A stretch of 64,000 bases of DNA from Bacillota bacterium (GCA_023398105.1 JAEWST010000002.1:107755-171754); one strand, 5' to 3'. Shown: positions 9,825 to 21,079, numbered from the stretch's first letter. Notes: generated from the sequence alone by a model not told the origin. Numbers and translations: made by a program.

Positions 9825-10838
9825 ATGAACAGAGATATACATAATATAATTATCAGAGAATACGAGAGAAGACAAAAGCAAGCAGCTGATATTGCACAGG
9901 AACATAAGGAAGAATTATATTCCAAAATACCTCGTCTGCTAGAAATTGATAACCAGATTAATCAATTGGGTATTAAATACAATAGATTAATTCTTTTGTC
10001 TAAAGGTGATACAGCTGAGCTTTCGTTGGAGCTTACTAATAATATTGAGCAGCTTAATTTTGAAAAAAATAATCTATTGAAAAGCAATGGTATTAGTATT
10101 GAGTATCTTAAGCCTCAATACCAGTGCCTAAAATGCTCTGATACAGGTTATTTATCTGATTCAAGGGGATATAAGCGTTGCTCCTGTTACAAACAGCAGA
10201 TGATAAGCCATCTGTTTTCATCTGCCAATATTACTTATACAGGACATGAGTGCTTCGATAATTTTAATGAGCTATTATACCCAGATGAAGTTAATCCTGA
10301 TAAGTATGGAATTGCTATATCTCCACGTGAGAATATAAATAACATAAAAGAAAAATGTATTGAATTTACCAATAATTTTGATAACCAAAACCAGAAAAAC
10401 TTATTTTTTAGCGGACGAACTGGTGTTGGTAAAACTTTTTTGTCCTTTTGTATTGCCAGAGAACTGATTCATCAAGGCAGGACTGTGCTGTACTTAACAG
10501 CACCTATACTTTTTGATACTATTACGGAATATAAAATGAAGGCTTTTAAAGAATACAATTTTAATGATGATAGATATCAAAGTATCTTTTCTGTAGAATT
10601 ACTTATAATTGATGACCTTGGTACAGAAACCTTGAGCGATGCCCGATATGCAGAGCTTTTAAATATCCTAAACACACGACAATCCCGTGACTCTATTTCT
10701 TGCTGTAAAACTATTATTTCAACAAATATGGGCCCTAAAAAGCTATTTGAGCTTTATACAGAGCGTATTACATCCAGAATAATGGGATATTTCGACAGGC
10801 TGGTTGTTGCTGGGAAAGATATTCGTAGCCTAAATTAA
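9825..10838 (+). CDS. DnaC/DnaI-like helicase loader ATPase
   Basis: CLKCSDTG..CSC zinc motif, Walker A GRTGVGKT, LLIIDDLGTE. Confidence 0.82.
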   Translation: MNRDIHNIIIREYERRQKQAADIAQEHKEELYSKIPRLLEIDNQINQLGIKYNRLILLSKGDTAELSLELTNNIEQLNFEKNNLLKSNGISIEYLKPQYQCLKCSDTGYLSDSRGYKRCSCYKQQMISHLFSSANITYTGHECFDNFNELLYPDEVNPDKYGIAISPRENINNIKEKCIEFTNNFDNQNQKNLFFSGRTGVGKTFLSFCIARELIHQGRTVLYLTAPILFDTITEYKMKAFKEYNFNDDRYQSIFSVELLIIDDLGTETLSDARYAELLNILNTRQSRDSISCCKTIISTNMGPKKLFELYTERITSRIMGYFDRLVVAGKDIRSLN

Positions 10839-10935
10839 GTTATATCAAAGTACACAACCTATTATTGGCTATGTACTTTAACAAACCATATTGATAAATT
10901 TAGCAGGACCACCATTGAATTCTATATACTCCTAG

Positions 10936-12147
10936 TTAGGATCTGATTATCCATAACGCTTTTAATAGATTATATAGTACACCGCTGTCAATATTCATTA
11001 GCTCTAAAAATTGACCTAAAAATATAAAAGTAATTATTATGAGTCCTGGAAGAACAGAAATATAGCCAGCTAGACTTGATTTTTTTGTCCTTGCTGTGTC
11101 ATAATCAAAAACTTCCTGTATTTGATTTATCCTATGACTGCCTTGTACTTCTTCAAATCCCACTTGCCCAATACTATTGTCATTAGTAGTTTCTAACCCA
11201 TCCTGAAGAATATTGCCTGATATATTATTTACACCTGCATTAGCAGATATAGACGTATATTTCCCACCTTCTATTTCTTTCTTATTAACTCTACAGAGTG
11301 CATAAAATAATGCTACAAATACAGCAGTACATGATAAAAATATCATAAAATAGAATATTATTACAATAATCCATGAAAGCATTGGAATACTTGAAAAATC
11401 AAAATTCTCTAACTGTGTAAGTCCCTGCTTCTCCATTTCATCTATTTTACTTGAATTTGAATAAAGCAGAAATACTATAATGGCATTATTAGTAAAATGG
11501 GCAACAATACCTGTATATATACTTTTAGTTCTATAAACAATAAAGCCTATTAATCCCCCTATAAGTATTAGCCCAATGCTCTTTTGAAAATCTCTATGCA
11601 ATACTCCAAATAGAACTGAAGTTGTTACCAAAGAAGTTACAACACCATATCTTTCATAAGCTTTGCTTATCAGACCTCTGAACAATATTTCCTCACATAC
11701 AGCAGCAGAAACGCCCACCACTAATAATGCGATAAATAGTGTTGGAGTATCTGAAACTGTCACCTGCTCAATTGGAAGTATTTTACCAAAAACAAGTCTT
11801 ATTATTCCTAATATAACGGCATTAACTACTGCCACAATTGGTAAAGCAAAAATCATTAATAAAGGCACTATAAGATAGTTTATTGGTTTAGTCTTTCTCA
11901 ATTGTAAAGTATCCTTAATATTGTACTTTCCAATTATTAAAAATATTAGAGCAGGTGCCAATACAAACAACACCTCACCTAACCCACTTCTTAGATAGTT
12001 ATTTTCAAAGGGTAATAGTATACCTCCATATGTTAAAAGAATTGCTGTCATTGAAAAAAATACACCTGCAGCTAATGGACCAGGAAATTTTTTATTTTTC
12101 TCAGCTGTATGCTTATATGAAAACTGCTCATCAATGTTATTATCCAC
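10936..12147 (-). CDS. CPBP (CAAX/Abi) intramembrane metalloprotease
   Basis: EEILFRG, FGVLH and AHFTNN motifs. Confidence 0.85.
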   Translation of the reverse strand: MDNNIDEQFSYKHTAEKNKKFPGPLAAGVFFSMTAILLTYGGILLPFENNYLRSGLGEVLFVLAPALIFLIIGKYNIKDTLQLRKTKPINYLIVPLLMIFALPIVAVVNAVILGIIRLVFGKILPIEQVTVSDTPTLFIALLVVGVSAAVCEEILFRGLISKAYERYGVVTSLVTTSVLFGVLHRDFQKSIGLILIGGLIGFIVYRTKSIYTGIVAHFTNNAIIVFLLYSNSSKIDEMEKQGLTQLENFDFSSIPMLSWIIVIIFYFMIFLSCTAVFVALFYALCRVNKKEIEGGKYTSISANAGVNNISGNILQDGLETTNDNSIGQVGFEEVQGSHRINQIQEVFDYDTARTKKSSLAGYISVLPGLIIITFIFLGQFLELMNIDSGVLYNLLKALWIIRS

Positions 12148-12729
12148 GAAAAATCCTCCTATAGATTGGTGTAAAAAAGTTAGTGATATTTCTAAATATA
12201 ATTTTGTAAGTTCCTCATTTTTTAATATTCTAAGGTTTCAAATTTTTAATCATAAAACTATCCTTATACAAATCTAATATTTAATAGTAGTTATCTAATA
12301 TATAATTTTTAGATACTTCTTAATATTACTATTCAAATAAAATAAATACAATTACTTAATTATAAAAATAATGAAAAACTTACTATGTTTTTCTATTACG
12401 TGTAAAGTTACTTCTATAAATTGGGAGTTTAATACTATAAATCATTGAAAATAATAATATAGTTACTATTCAGTCGCTATATTATTAGATATATACATTT
12501 GATGTAAAAAAGTACTTTATAAAAATTAAGTAAAAAATAGCTAAATTTTATATAAACTATATGTAAAGCGTCACTTGTATCTATTCATTAGTATAGTTTA
12601 AGGCTGGATAATAACATTAACAAGCCAATTTTATCAACTGTAAGCAGTAATATATTGGCTTAATTTATATTTTGGGGTGGGATATTGGGCACTAGACATA
12701 AATAAAACAGTCTAGAAAGGGGTGCCCTT

Positions 12730-12963
12730 ATGAATAGCGAAAATAAAATTGTAAAGGTTAAGAAGAATGAGCAAGGTGCTGTTACTGAGGTAATGTTTGA
12801 AAGCGGTCGTGTTTGTCCCTTGAATTTTGCAATATTAATGGCAAGGAATGGTGGTCTTGAAGGGTTTAATGTGGTTAGAGGAAAAAACGGTGGTGAGTAT
12901 CTCAGTGCCGACCCGAATAGTTCTGATGTTGAAGAATTGAATAATTTGCCGAGATTTAAATAA
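12730..12963 (+). CDS. small DUF3892-like protein
   Basis: IVKVKKNEQG...EYLSADPN...LNNLPRF pattern; RBS AAAGGGG. Confidence 0.7.
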   Translation: MNSENKIVKVKKNEQGAVTEVMFESGRVCPLNFAILMARNGGLEGFNVVRGKNGGEYLSADPNSSDVEELNNLPRFK

Positions 12964-13054
12964 ATCAGATTTTAAAAGCAGCAAAATTTGAAGGAGCAGA
13001 AACCAAAAGTCATTCTGCCCCCAATTGTGCCTAATATTCCACATATCAGTTATT

Positions 13055-13088
13055 AACGGGCTACTCACTAGAGTTCCCGTTCTTTTTT
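13055..13088 (+). terminator. intrinsic terminator
   Basis: AACGGG..ACTC-ACTA-GAGT..CCCGTT hairpin then T-run, between convergent genes. Confidence 0.55.
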
Positions 13089-13089
13089 A

Positions 13090-13566
13090 TTATTGTATAT
13101 CTTCATTTTCAGGCTTTATAAACGGCTCTTTTGTATTGTCACTACTACTTTCGTAATTATATATATCCCCATCTCTTTGATATGTCATAAATGCTTTAAC
13201 AGCTTTCGACACTATTAAAGTAATACATATCGCTATGTATAATAACCCCCATACTAAATAAATAATACCAAATATCGGATTGATGTTAAATAACGGAATG
13301 ACTGAGATAAGTGCTACTATGCCACCTAGAGAGAGTAAAACTACAAATACCCATCTTGACCAGTTATGCCCTTTATATAGATTATATGAAATTCCTATTT
13401 CCAGTAATAATCTAATTAATCCCTTTATTATTTTTGTTGTAGCATAGCCTATATCTCCATTTAATGAATACAGCAATGTAGTACTCACAATTGTGGCAAC
13501 ATTAATTAGTAGTAAGATTGCAATAATACTAATTATAATTCTTTTTCCTCTAATAACTAAATTCAT
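13090..13566 (-). CDS. hypothetical four-TM membrane protein
   Basis: Four hydrophobic segments; RBS AAGGGGA. Confidence 0.7.
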   Translation of the reverse strand: MNLVIRGKRIIISIIAILLLINVATIVSTTLLYSLNGDIGYATTKIIKGLIRLLLEIGISYNLYKGHNWSRWVFVVLLSLGGIVALISVIPLFNINPIFGIIYLVWGLLYIAICITLIVSKAVKAFMTYQRDGDIYNYESSSDNTKEPFIKPENEDIQ

Positions 13567-13632
13567 TCGATAATCCCCTTTAAAATAATTTGATTAATTA
13601 AACCTTTTATTCACTGCTATGTAAAATACTAT

Positions 13633-14070
13633 TTACAAAATCTCTTCAACAATTTCCGTTGCTCTTTTAACAAGCCTTGGACAAAGTGATTTAAATAGTC
13701 CCTCTTCTGCTGCTTTTTTCATTTCCTCTAAATTGCCGATATCATATTTAAGTAATTCCTTACAATTCACCGAACCAAATTCTGCTTTAAAGCGTTTTGA
13801 AAATTCCTTAACAAGGGCATATGTTTTATCTTTTGCGGCATTATCATCGGCTTTTGATTTTCCGTACTTAAGCCCAATTACCATAAATGCTCCCGTCACA
13901 GCACCACAAGTCTCACCAATAAGTCCCATACCTCCCCCGAAAGCACATGAAATTTTCAGAGCAGTTTCCTTATCTAAGCCTAACTCTTCGCAATATGTAG
14001 TAAAAACTGCCTGTGCACAGTTGAAGCCATTAGTGAAGCATTGTACTGCTGAATCTGATTTGTTACACAT
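13633..14070 (-). CDS. C-GCAxxG-C-C family putative redox protein
   Basis: FNCAQAV, FGGGMG..ETCGAVTG, SVNCKEL, final Cys. Confidence 0.85.
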   Translation of the reverse strand: MCNKSDSAVQCFTNGFNCAQAVFTTYCEELGLDKETALKISCAFGGGMGLIGETCGAVTGAFMVIGLKYGKSKADDNAAKDKTYALVKEFSKRFKAEFGSVNCKELLKYDIGNLEEMKKAAEEGLFKSLCPRLVKRATEIVEEIL

Positions 14071-14180
14071 TGGCTAATTCCCCCTTTTAATGACCCTTAA
14101 TTTTACAAGACTCCAAAAAGCATCTTTGTATTATTATACATTATTATGTATATTTATACAATGGTTGAAATTTATTTATT

Positions 14181-14777
14181 CTAATATCCAACATCAAAAT
14201 TATAGACTTTGTTAGCTTTACTCCTTTTTCTAAAGGTATATACAAAAAGGACAATAGAACCACCTATAGCTACAAAAATTATACCAAAACATATTAAAAT
14301 AGTTCTTACTAATACTAGTCCAAACCCTTTACCTATTGCTAATACAGCCTCTTCACCTTCCCCTGACTCATATGCAGCGTCTATTTCATATATACCAGCC
14401 TTATCAATAGTAAAACTAAATAAACTCTGTCCTTCTCTACCATTAACTGAATACGTGGCATTAGCTGTTGAGTTTTTTAATATTATGTGTTCCCCTGTCT
14501 CAGTGTTTTTAAGTTTACATACTAAGCCATTTATATTGTTTGTTTCGAAAACTCTTCCATCAACAACACTTATATACTCATAATATATATTATAATTACC
14601 AGGTTCATTTAGTTCGATTGTCCTCGTACCTGGAACTACAACCTGATTATCTAAATTACTGACACTAGATAAAATACCTGTCACCAACACAACCACAAAT
14701 GAAATAATACCAATAATAAAAATAACACCTGAAACAGCATACAGCAATTTGCTTTGTCTAATACTATTATTTTCCAT
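14181..14777 (-). CDS. hypothetical protein with two TM helices flanking an extracellular beta-rich domain
   Basis: N- and C-terminal hydrophobic helices; RBS GAGGAGG. Confidence 0.7.
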   Translation of the reverse strand: MENNSIRQSKLLYAVSGVIFIIGIISFVVVLVTGILSSVSNLDNQVVVPGTRTIELNEPGNYNIYYEYISVVDGRVFETNNINGLVCKLKNTETGEHIILKNSTANATYSVNGREGQSLFSFTIDKAGIYEIDAAYESGEGEEAVLAIGKGFGLVLVRTILICFGIIFVAIGGSIVLFVYTFRKRSKANKVYNFDVGY

Positions 14778-14830
14778 TTAAATCCTCCTCTTATTCTTAT
14801 ATTGGCAATTAGCCTTTATATTTTTATACT

Positions 14831-14880
14831 CTCAACTTTCCTAGTTGAAAATTGGAAGATACTCAATTATATCAATATAG
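14831..14880 (+). repeat. family B element, end fragment
   Basis: CTCAACTTTCCTAGTTGAAAATTG matches the end of 27007-27275. Confidence 0.5.
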
Positions 14881-14955
14881 ATATATCTAAATTCTCAATA
14901 CGCCCTCATGAGACACTATTAATTTCATTTAGTCTAATTGATTACTTCTGCTTTG

Positions 14956-16014
14956 TCACTTCATTATCCTATTTCTGTATATTTCTTGTATATTCTCAAT
15001 GTCTTTTGCCTTATCTTCCTGTTTTAGTAATATTTCATTAATAATATCTATCTTTTCATTAAATATATCTGTATCCTTTTGTTCATAAAATAAACAAGTA
15101 TCACTTTCATCCACTTCAAACTTGCCACATGAATCCCTTAAGAACTCTAATATATCAATATAAAAATCACAATATTTCATTTCAATGTCAAAATACTCTT
15201 CAAACATAATTTTATTATCTATAATAATACTATCAAAACCTTCCAAAAAGGTTTTCTTATAGGCATAAGAAAAATCAATATCACTAATGAGATTTCTTAA
15301 TTCCTCTGAATTTCCAAAGTAAGTGTTCTTATAGTTATTTATTGTACTCTTATGCTTTTCTAATTCACTTATGCTATTGCTTATACTATCCTTACTTGAT
15401 AATAAAGTTCTTTTAATATAAGTATCTGTCACAAGGAAATTGTGAACTTCATTATATTTTGTTTTCTCAACTATAATTTTATTAAGTAATCTTTCAAAAG
15501 CAGTTAGTTTTGTAGCATTTTTTCCATATGCTTCTTCAGTAAATATTCTATTTTTAATATTTGCATTCATAAAGTCATTCTGCATCATTTCTGAAAGTGC
15601 TTCTTGAGTTTTTAGTTTTTGGATATGCTCTTTTGAAATTTCATATGTAGTTTGTCCAAAACTTGAAATCTGAGCTAACAAAAAAATTATGCTTACTATA
15701 ATCATAAAATTAGCTTTTGCATTCTCTGATTTAATTCTATAACCAATAAATATTATTATTGCGACCACAATCCCTGTACCAATAATTGATCCAACCATAT
15801 ACGCCAAGTTATAAGAGTCAAAATTTGATCCTTCGTTATAATTATCTAATAATTGTTCAATAATACTAACAACTGCTCCAATAATCAGAAGAATTATTGA
15901 AACAATAATGGTAGTTTTCCTTGACTCTGTTTTTTTGAGAGGTAGTTTATTTATTTCCTCCCGTTGATTTTCAACGCACTCACCATCTAACTCTCTCTGT
16001 TTATCATCACACAT
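14956..16014 (-). CDS. hypothetical membrane protein (three TM plus helical domain)
   Basis: 352 aa ORF; RBS AGGGGGA. Confidence 0.7.
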   Translation of the reverse strand: MCDDKQRELDGECVENQREEINKLPLKKTESRKTTIIVSIILLIIGAVVSIIEQLLDNYNEGSNFDSYNLAYMVGSIIGTGIVVAIIIFIGYRIKSENAKANFMIIVSIIFLLAQISSFGQTTYEISKEHIQKLKTQEALSEMMQNDFMNANIKNRIFTEEAYGKNATKLTAFERLLNKIIVEKTKYNEVHNFLVTDTYIKRTLLSSKDSISNSISELEKHKSTINNYKNTYFGNSEELRNLISDIDFSYAYKKTFLEGFDSIIIDNKIMFEEYFDIEMKYCDFYIDILEFLRDSCGKFEVDESDTCLFYEQKDTDIFNEKIDIINEILLKQEDKAKDIENIQEIYRNRIMK

Positions 16015-16117
16015 ATTGTCCCCCTGTATTCACAAAAAAAATAATATATTATTCTAAAAATGCATACTAATCATATTATTAGTCATTTTTTGTGTCAATA
16101 CATATACTAAATAAATC

Positions 16118-17332
16118 TTAAATATAGGAAAATAAGATAGGTAACATAAATAATAAAACAGCTATAATCCCTCTAAATGTTGAGTATTCACCATGATGTA
16201 CCATAGTGTCCCCATCTCTGTCCCATTTTGTTATCCCGTTTTTCATCAATTTGTTGTATGAAACAATATATGAAACTGTACTTAAAAATGGCAATTCCAA
16301 AGCACATCCATATACAAGTACTTTTGTAGCTCTCTTGAGTGCGGTGGTATATGTAAGCTTTTCACCACTTTTGCTTGTAATTCTAACCTTAAGTAACCAT
16401 TTTCCAAAAGTATAGCCTACTTTAGATAATAATAAAGCTTCTATAAACAGCCATAGAATATAAAACATTATATTTACCAATAACTTAATCCATATATTCT
16501 TTGATAAAAAAATTGTATAAGTTTCAGGTGATAATATTGACCAGAATATAACTAATAGATTTGTCCAAATACCATAATCAATGGTTCTGGAAAGATAACG
16601 TATCCAAGGTCTGATTTGAGTAGTATTTATTCCCTCTTCATCTATAATATATTGTTTTGCTTTAGGCAAACCATCCATTATAAAAGTTCCGCTTCTATCA
16701 TCAGTCATTTGGGGATATAATTTTTGAAGATTTTTGATGCTATCTATCTTTTCTAAAGAGTTGAACTTCTCTTGGATTTCATCATTACTGAAACCCATTG
16801 CAGTCATTGCTCTCAGGCAGTAAGCAATATATGTATCAATACCGAATTTTTGCAGTTGTTCTTTTTTAACTTTAAAACTCAACCATTCTGTTGGGTAAAA
16901 GTAATCTAAACAAATTTCATCTTTATAGTTATCCTCTTTTCCAAATACGTTCCAGTTTTTATTTGCAAAATTCTTAGTCCTGTCATCTATAATAATGCTG
17001 ATATTGGAGGTGTCCTTGATTTCTGCCTGTACTTCTTCATTTATAAACTTATTAACTATTTTATAGTACTCATCAATTGTAGCCTTTTCTTCGGGAAATA
17101 GCTTCAAAAAAGAGTATATGATATCTTCAGAATTAGCATATCTAATTAAATCCTTCAAAACAATATTATCACTTTCCCAAAGATGACCAGCTTCTCTGCT
17201 AAACAGCTCCGTTTTAGCTTTGTCAATTGCTTCTTGCTCATACTCATTATTTTCCGAATAGATTATTTTCCTCAACTCTTCATCTTTTAAAACTGACAGA
17301 TTTTCTTTAAATCCATTGTTTTCATTAGACAT
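16118..17332 (-). CDS. RDD-family protein with a long soluble N-terminal region
   Basis: RPWIRYLSRTIDY, GYTFGKWLLKVRI and WDR motifs in the C-terminal half. Confidence 0.8.
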   Translation of the reverse strand: MSNENNGFKENLSVLKDEELRKIIYSENNEYEQEAIDKAKTELFSREAGHLWESDNIVLKDLIRYANSEDIIYSFLKLFPEEKATIDEYYKIVNKFINEEVQAEIKDTSNISIIIDDRTKNFANKNWNVFGKEDNYKDEICLDYFYPTEWLSFKVKKEQLQKFGIDTYIAYCLRAMTAMGFSNDEIQEKFNSLEKIDSIKNLQKLYPQMTDDRSGTFIMDGLPKAKQYIIDEEGINTTQIRPWIRYLSRTIDYGIWTNLLVIFWSILSPETYTIFLSKNIWIKLLVNIMFYILWLFIEALLLSKVGYTFGKWLLKVRITSKSGEKLTYTTALKRATKVLVYGCALELPFLSTVSYIVSYNKLMKNGITKWDRDGDTMVHHGEYSTFRGIIAVLLFMLPILFSYI

Positions 17333-17421
17333 ACTGTTGCTCCAATCTATGTAATATGTGTTTTTTATAAAGAAGCTAGTGCCCTTAAAGTACTTGTAAA
17401 GTGTGTAATCAAGTCAATTAT

Positions 17422-18018
17422 CTATTCTTCCTTTTTACTACTCTTACTTATCTCATTTAAAACCAATTGTGACTGTGAGAATAACAACTGAGCTTCCTTA
17501 CTTTTCTGTGCATCCTTTATATCCATATCAATTGAGAAAATTCCTGCTTTAGTGAACAAATAAAAAGTATGGTGATTTTCCTTAGGTAAGACATCTATAC
17601 TTTCAGCAAGCTTGGTAATAGGCAATGCCTGAAAACAGTTTTCTAAAAATGTTAATACTGCCTTGTTGACAGCTTCATGCTGACCAGCACCAATAATTCC
17701 TCCACCCTCAGAAAAATAAAGGCTGGTTGTTCCATCAATAAAACAAATCATTGTCGCAGTGTTTCTGTTATCAACACCCATGTCTACTACTACACCATAG
17801 ACCTGATAGTCATTACCCATCTTCACACCCATATCTTCATGCGTAAAACTAAACGCCAGTTTGCGCATAGAAGCGTATGTATATTCATCATTCTGAGAAT
17901 CTTGATTATATATATTATGCTGAATCTGATTATCCTTATTATTATTTTGATTATTATTGTTATTAGTACTTTCTGTCTTTTTTATTAATCTGAACAAGTT
18001 AAACACTCCTTTCAACAT
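17422..18018 (-). CDS. hypothetical protein with Asn/Gln-rich N-terminal tract
   Basis: 198 aa ORF with conserved-looking core DGTTSLYFSEGGGIIGAG; true start may be the TTG after AAAGGAG. Confidence 0.7.
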   Translation of the reverse strand: MLKGVFNLFRLIKKTESTNNNNNQNNNKDNQIQHNIYNQDSQNDEYTYASMRKLAFSFTHEDMGVKMGNDYQVYGVVVDMGVDNRNTATMICFIDGTTSLYFSEGGGIIGAGQHEAVNKAVLTFLENCFQALPITKLAESIDVLPKENHHTFYLFTKAGIFSIDMDIKDAQKSKEAQLLFSQSQLVLNEISKSSKKEE

Positions 18019-18230
18019 TTCATAAAATACTTTTTAAACATATATATATTCTACCCACTATAATTTCATAATAACCTTTCGCCTCATATAAATAAAGCAG
18101 TTTAGCAGAGACTTCGTGGGTGTACGCTTTCTTTTTTACGGCTTAGATCGACTTTTTTCAATCTATTGCCCAAACCAACTTTAGGTAAAAATTAAACTTT
18201 ATAGACATAGATTAACCCACCTGTGCTTAT

Positions 18231-18357
18231 GGAAAGTCTATCCATGCTCAAGTTTATCAATAGTTTGTTACCAAGTTAACTAACTTATTTTAAACAATTA
18301 TTTAGTTTTTCTTTATAAGTTCTCCAACACCTACAATTATCGACTGCGAAAGTTGAA
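18231..18357 (-). repeat. family B element, partial copy
   Basis: Reverse complement begins TTCAACTTTCGCAGTCGATAATTGTAGGTGT; shares CATGGATAGACTTT with the 44098 copy. Confidence 0.7.
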
Positions 18358-18577
18358 CTAGCTACATATAATAATTTGGGTTGGATTTACAATTTGTAAA
18401 ACGAATAATTAATAGCACAATAATTTAAAAGTCTATATTAAAATTACCCTAGAAAATGTAATTTGTCCACTTAAAATTTTTCTTAAGCCTCAGAAAGTCA
18501 AATATTATTTTACTATCTCAGCTATAACGAAGCAATAAATATGTAGCACAGAACCTGTTTTTATAAAACTATAAATA

Positions 18578-18652
18578 TCAACTTTCGCAGTTGAATATAC
18601 TTCTTAAAGCCTAGTAATATAAGGTGTGGTAGCATTATCAATAGAAAGTTGA
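18578..18652 (+). repeat. family B 75 bp short module
   Basis: TCAACTTTC...GAAAGTTGA inverted ends; 67/75 identical to 52470-52544 by manual alignment. Confidence 0.85.
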
Positions 18653-18678
18653 TTGTAAATTTTATGCGTTCAAACCAT

Positions 18679-18722
18679 CCCCCCAAAATACTCTATTTAA
18701 TCATACTGAGCATTTTGGGGGT
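18679..18722. terminator. hairpin downstream of ypeB
   Basis: CCCCCAAAATACTC...GAGCATTTTGGGGG stem. Confidence 0.6.
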
Positions 18723-18769
18723 ACAATTTTGTGTCTTATTTAATAAAGCTTTCAAATATATTTAAAGTA

Positions 18770-20206
18770 TTACATAGTCAGTGTTCCACTTTCATCCTCA
18801 ATAAGCATTAATAAATCTTCTTCAGCTCCAGTATTTGCATTAATATAAATAACAAAATGTCTTTCACCCATTTCACCAATAAATTCATAACAGTACTTTT
18901 CTGTCTTAAAATCAGTAGGAATAATTGCTTTTCCCTGACTTTTTATATTCAGTTTTTTATTAAGATTACTTCTAGCCTGCTCTACTGTAAGCTTTGGTGC
19001 TTGTATTTCTCTTGTTCTATGGTTATAAAGATACCCTTTTGATTCTATTCCAACAATCTCTCCATTATCAAGAGCAATTTTTATCTTCACTAAGTCAGGG
19101 TAAATAGTAGTGTCATCCTGAGCATATGCATAGGATATCACAGCTGTTCCGTCTGTTTTCTGATAATAGGTATCTTTCATATTTTTGAAGCCAGTTTTGT
19201 TTAAAAAAGCTAATGCCTTTTGCTTTGCCTCATTCATTGTTAAGGTATCCTTACCAAAGTCTCTATTCCTTAGCATCCAATAAACCTGTCCGCCCTGCTG
19301 TGTTATATCAATCTCGGCACCCTCCTCCCAAGTCGAATTATTGTACAACACCTTAAAACGAAAGGTTTTAATTTTACCAACCTCATTGCTATCCAGTTGC
19401 TGAATTTCCTGAACCTTATCTTCTCCAATGAATTTCTTAGCAATTTTCTTTGCTTCTTCAGCACTAACCTTATTACTCTTTAACCCTTGAGGGTTAGCCT
19501 TTAGCATATGGTCAGAATATGGTCCATCATAGATAAGCGACGGATATTCCTGAAAATTTTTATCAATATTCTCAATTGAACTTGACTGAGGATCATTGCT
19601 TTTTGCTACACTTACTGCTTTAGCTGCCCTTGCTGTAGCTTTTTCCCAGTTCATTTTACCTGCGTTTATTTGGCTTTCAATTCCATGCAGGCTTTTTTGC
19701 AAGGATATTGCATATCCATGTAATTTATTAAGGCTGTCGTATTCTTTTTCATCAAGAGCCACACCATTTAAGGTCTTAGTATTTAAGGCATACGCCAAAT
19801 CTCCAACCTGAGTTAAATAATTAGAGGTTTTTTCAAGTATTGGAGGTGATACAGGTAGCTGACCCATATTTTCCTGAGCAAGATTTGACTGTCTCCAAAC
19901 CTCTTCCAGCATTGCAGATGTACTTTTAGGAGTGGATGTAACTAAGGATTTTGCCAATAGCACCTCTAAATCATCTACATAATTTGTCAAATCCATAAAC
20001 GCTCTATTGTATTGATTTTCTGTTTGTATTTTTAAAGCAGTTAACTGTTTATTCTGAAAATAGCCCCAAGTTCCTACTCCAAACAAAGCCAATACAGCAA
20101 TCATTGCAATGGGAACTAACCACAAGCCTCTTTTATTATCTCGTTTATCACCATAATTATTTATGCTTCTTCTATATTCATCTTGTTCCAATCTAGTCAC
20201 CTCCAT
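18770..20206 (-). CDS. ypeB: spore germination protein YpeB
   Basis: ENQYNRAF and YPSLIYDGPYSDH motifs, PepSY-like repeats; directly downstream of sleB. Confidence 0.92.
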   Translation of the reverse strand: MEVTRLEQDEYRRSINNYGDKRDNKRGLWLVPIAMIAVLALFGVGTWGYFQNKQLTALKIQTENQYNRAFMDLTNYVDDLEVLLAKSLVTSTPKSTSAMLEEVWRQSNLAQENMGQLPVSPPILEKTSNYLTQVGDLAYALNTKTLNGVALDEKEYDSLNKLHGYAISLQKSLHGIESQINAGKMNWEKATARAAKAVSVAKSNDPQSSSIENIDKNFQEYPSLIYDGPYSDHMLKANPQGLKSNKVSAEEAKKIAKKFIGEDKVQEIQQLDSNEVGKIKTFRFKVLYNNSTWEEGAEIDITQQGGQVYWMLRNRDFGKDTLTMNEAKQKALAFLNKTGFKNMKDTYYQKTDGTAVISYAYAQDDTTIYPDLVKIKIALDNGEIVGIESKGYLYNHRTREIQAPKLTVEQARSNLNKKLNIKSQGKAIIPTDFKTEKYCYEFIGEMGERHFVIYINANTGAEEDLLMLIEDESGTLTM

Positions 20207-20210
20207 TTAT

Positions 20211-20906
20211 TTAAATTCCAAACCAATGCTTTCCAATTTTAAGCTGAACCTTCCTCGACCAAATCCATTTGCTTGTGGCTGTAGCTGGATTCCAATAATA
20301 CAAACATCCTCCTGTTGGATCCCAACCTGCAAGAGCATCTCTAGCAGCTTTAACAACCGTTGATTTTGGATCAATAGGGACACTTATTTGTCCATCAGCT
20401 ACAGCTGTAAATGCACCTGGCTGGTAGATTACACCAGCGATGGTTTTCGGGAATTTAGAATTCTTCACTCTATTCAGAATTACTGCACCAACCGCAACCT
20501 GACCTTCAAAAGGCTCACCTCTTGCTTCTCCATTTATAGCTCTGGCAAGCATCTGCACATTCGAAGTCTGTTTCGTAGCTGCATAAGCCTGCCCCGTTTC
20601 AACAATATGACCTAGCCCCATTGTAAGAAGAGTGTTTTCATCTGCAATTCCATCTGCATTAAGTCCATATGTTCTCTGATACCTAAGTACAGACGCAAAC
20701 GTATTCGAATCAAATATTCCATTAATTTTCCCATCATAATAGCCCCAGTTTTGTAATTCCTGTTGCATATCCTTTACTTCCTGACCCTTATCACCTATTT
20801 TAAGAGATTGAGCCGTACTTACAAAGTACTGTTGACCTTGTCCAAGAACTGTCACGCTAAAAACTAGAATTAAACAAAACGTCACGATTTTAATTAGCTT
20901 TTTCAA
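20211..20906 (-). CDS. sleB: spore cortex-lytic enzyme SleB
   Basis: PG-binding domain plus Hydrolase_2 motifs LARAINGEARGEPFEGQVAVGAVILNRV and YYWNPATATSKWIW. Confidence 0.93.
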   Translation of the reverse strand: MKKLIKIVTFCLILVFSVTVLGQGQQYFVSTAQSLKIGDKGQEVKDMQQELQNWGYYDGKINGIFDSNTFASVLRYQRTYGLNADGIADENTLLTMGLGHIVETGQAYAATKQTSNVQMLARAINGEARGEPFEGQVAVGAVILNRVKNSKFPKTIAGVIYQPGAFTAVADGQISVPIDPKSTVVKAARDALAGWDPTGGCLYYWNPATATSKWIWSRKVQLKIGKHWFGI

Positions 20907-21079
20907 TTTTCGTCTCCTTCCAAAATCACTAGTATTTATAGTAATGTTATTTTTAGTTAATCATTAATAAAATATTCATCAGCTAATAATTAACATTTGA
21001 TATATCTCTATAAATAGCGTATTAATTTCCTTCATAATGTCAAAAATCTATATTGAAAATAAATAAGTGGAGATTGACT

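Noticed and set aside
9825..10838. IstB ATPase of an IS21 element
   Set aside because: No IstA transposase; paired with a DnaD-domain gene and has the zinc motif of helicase loaders
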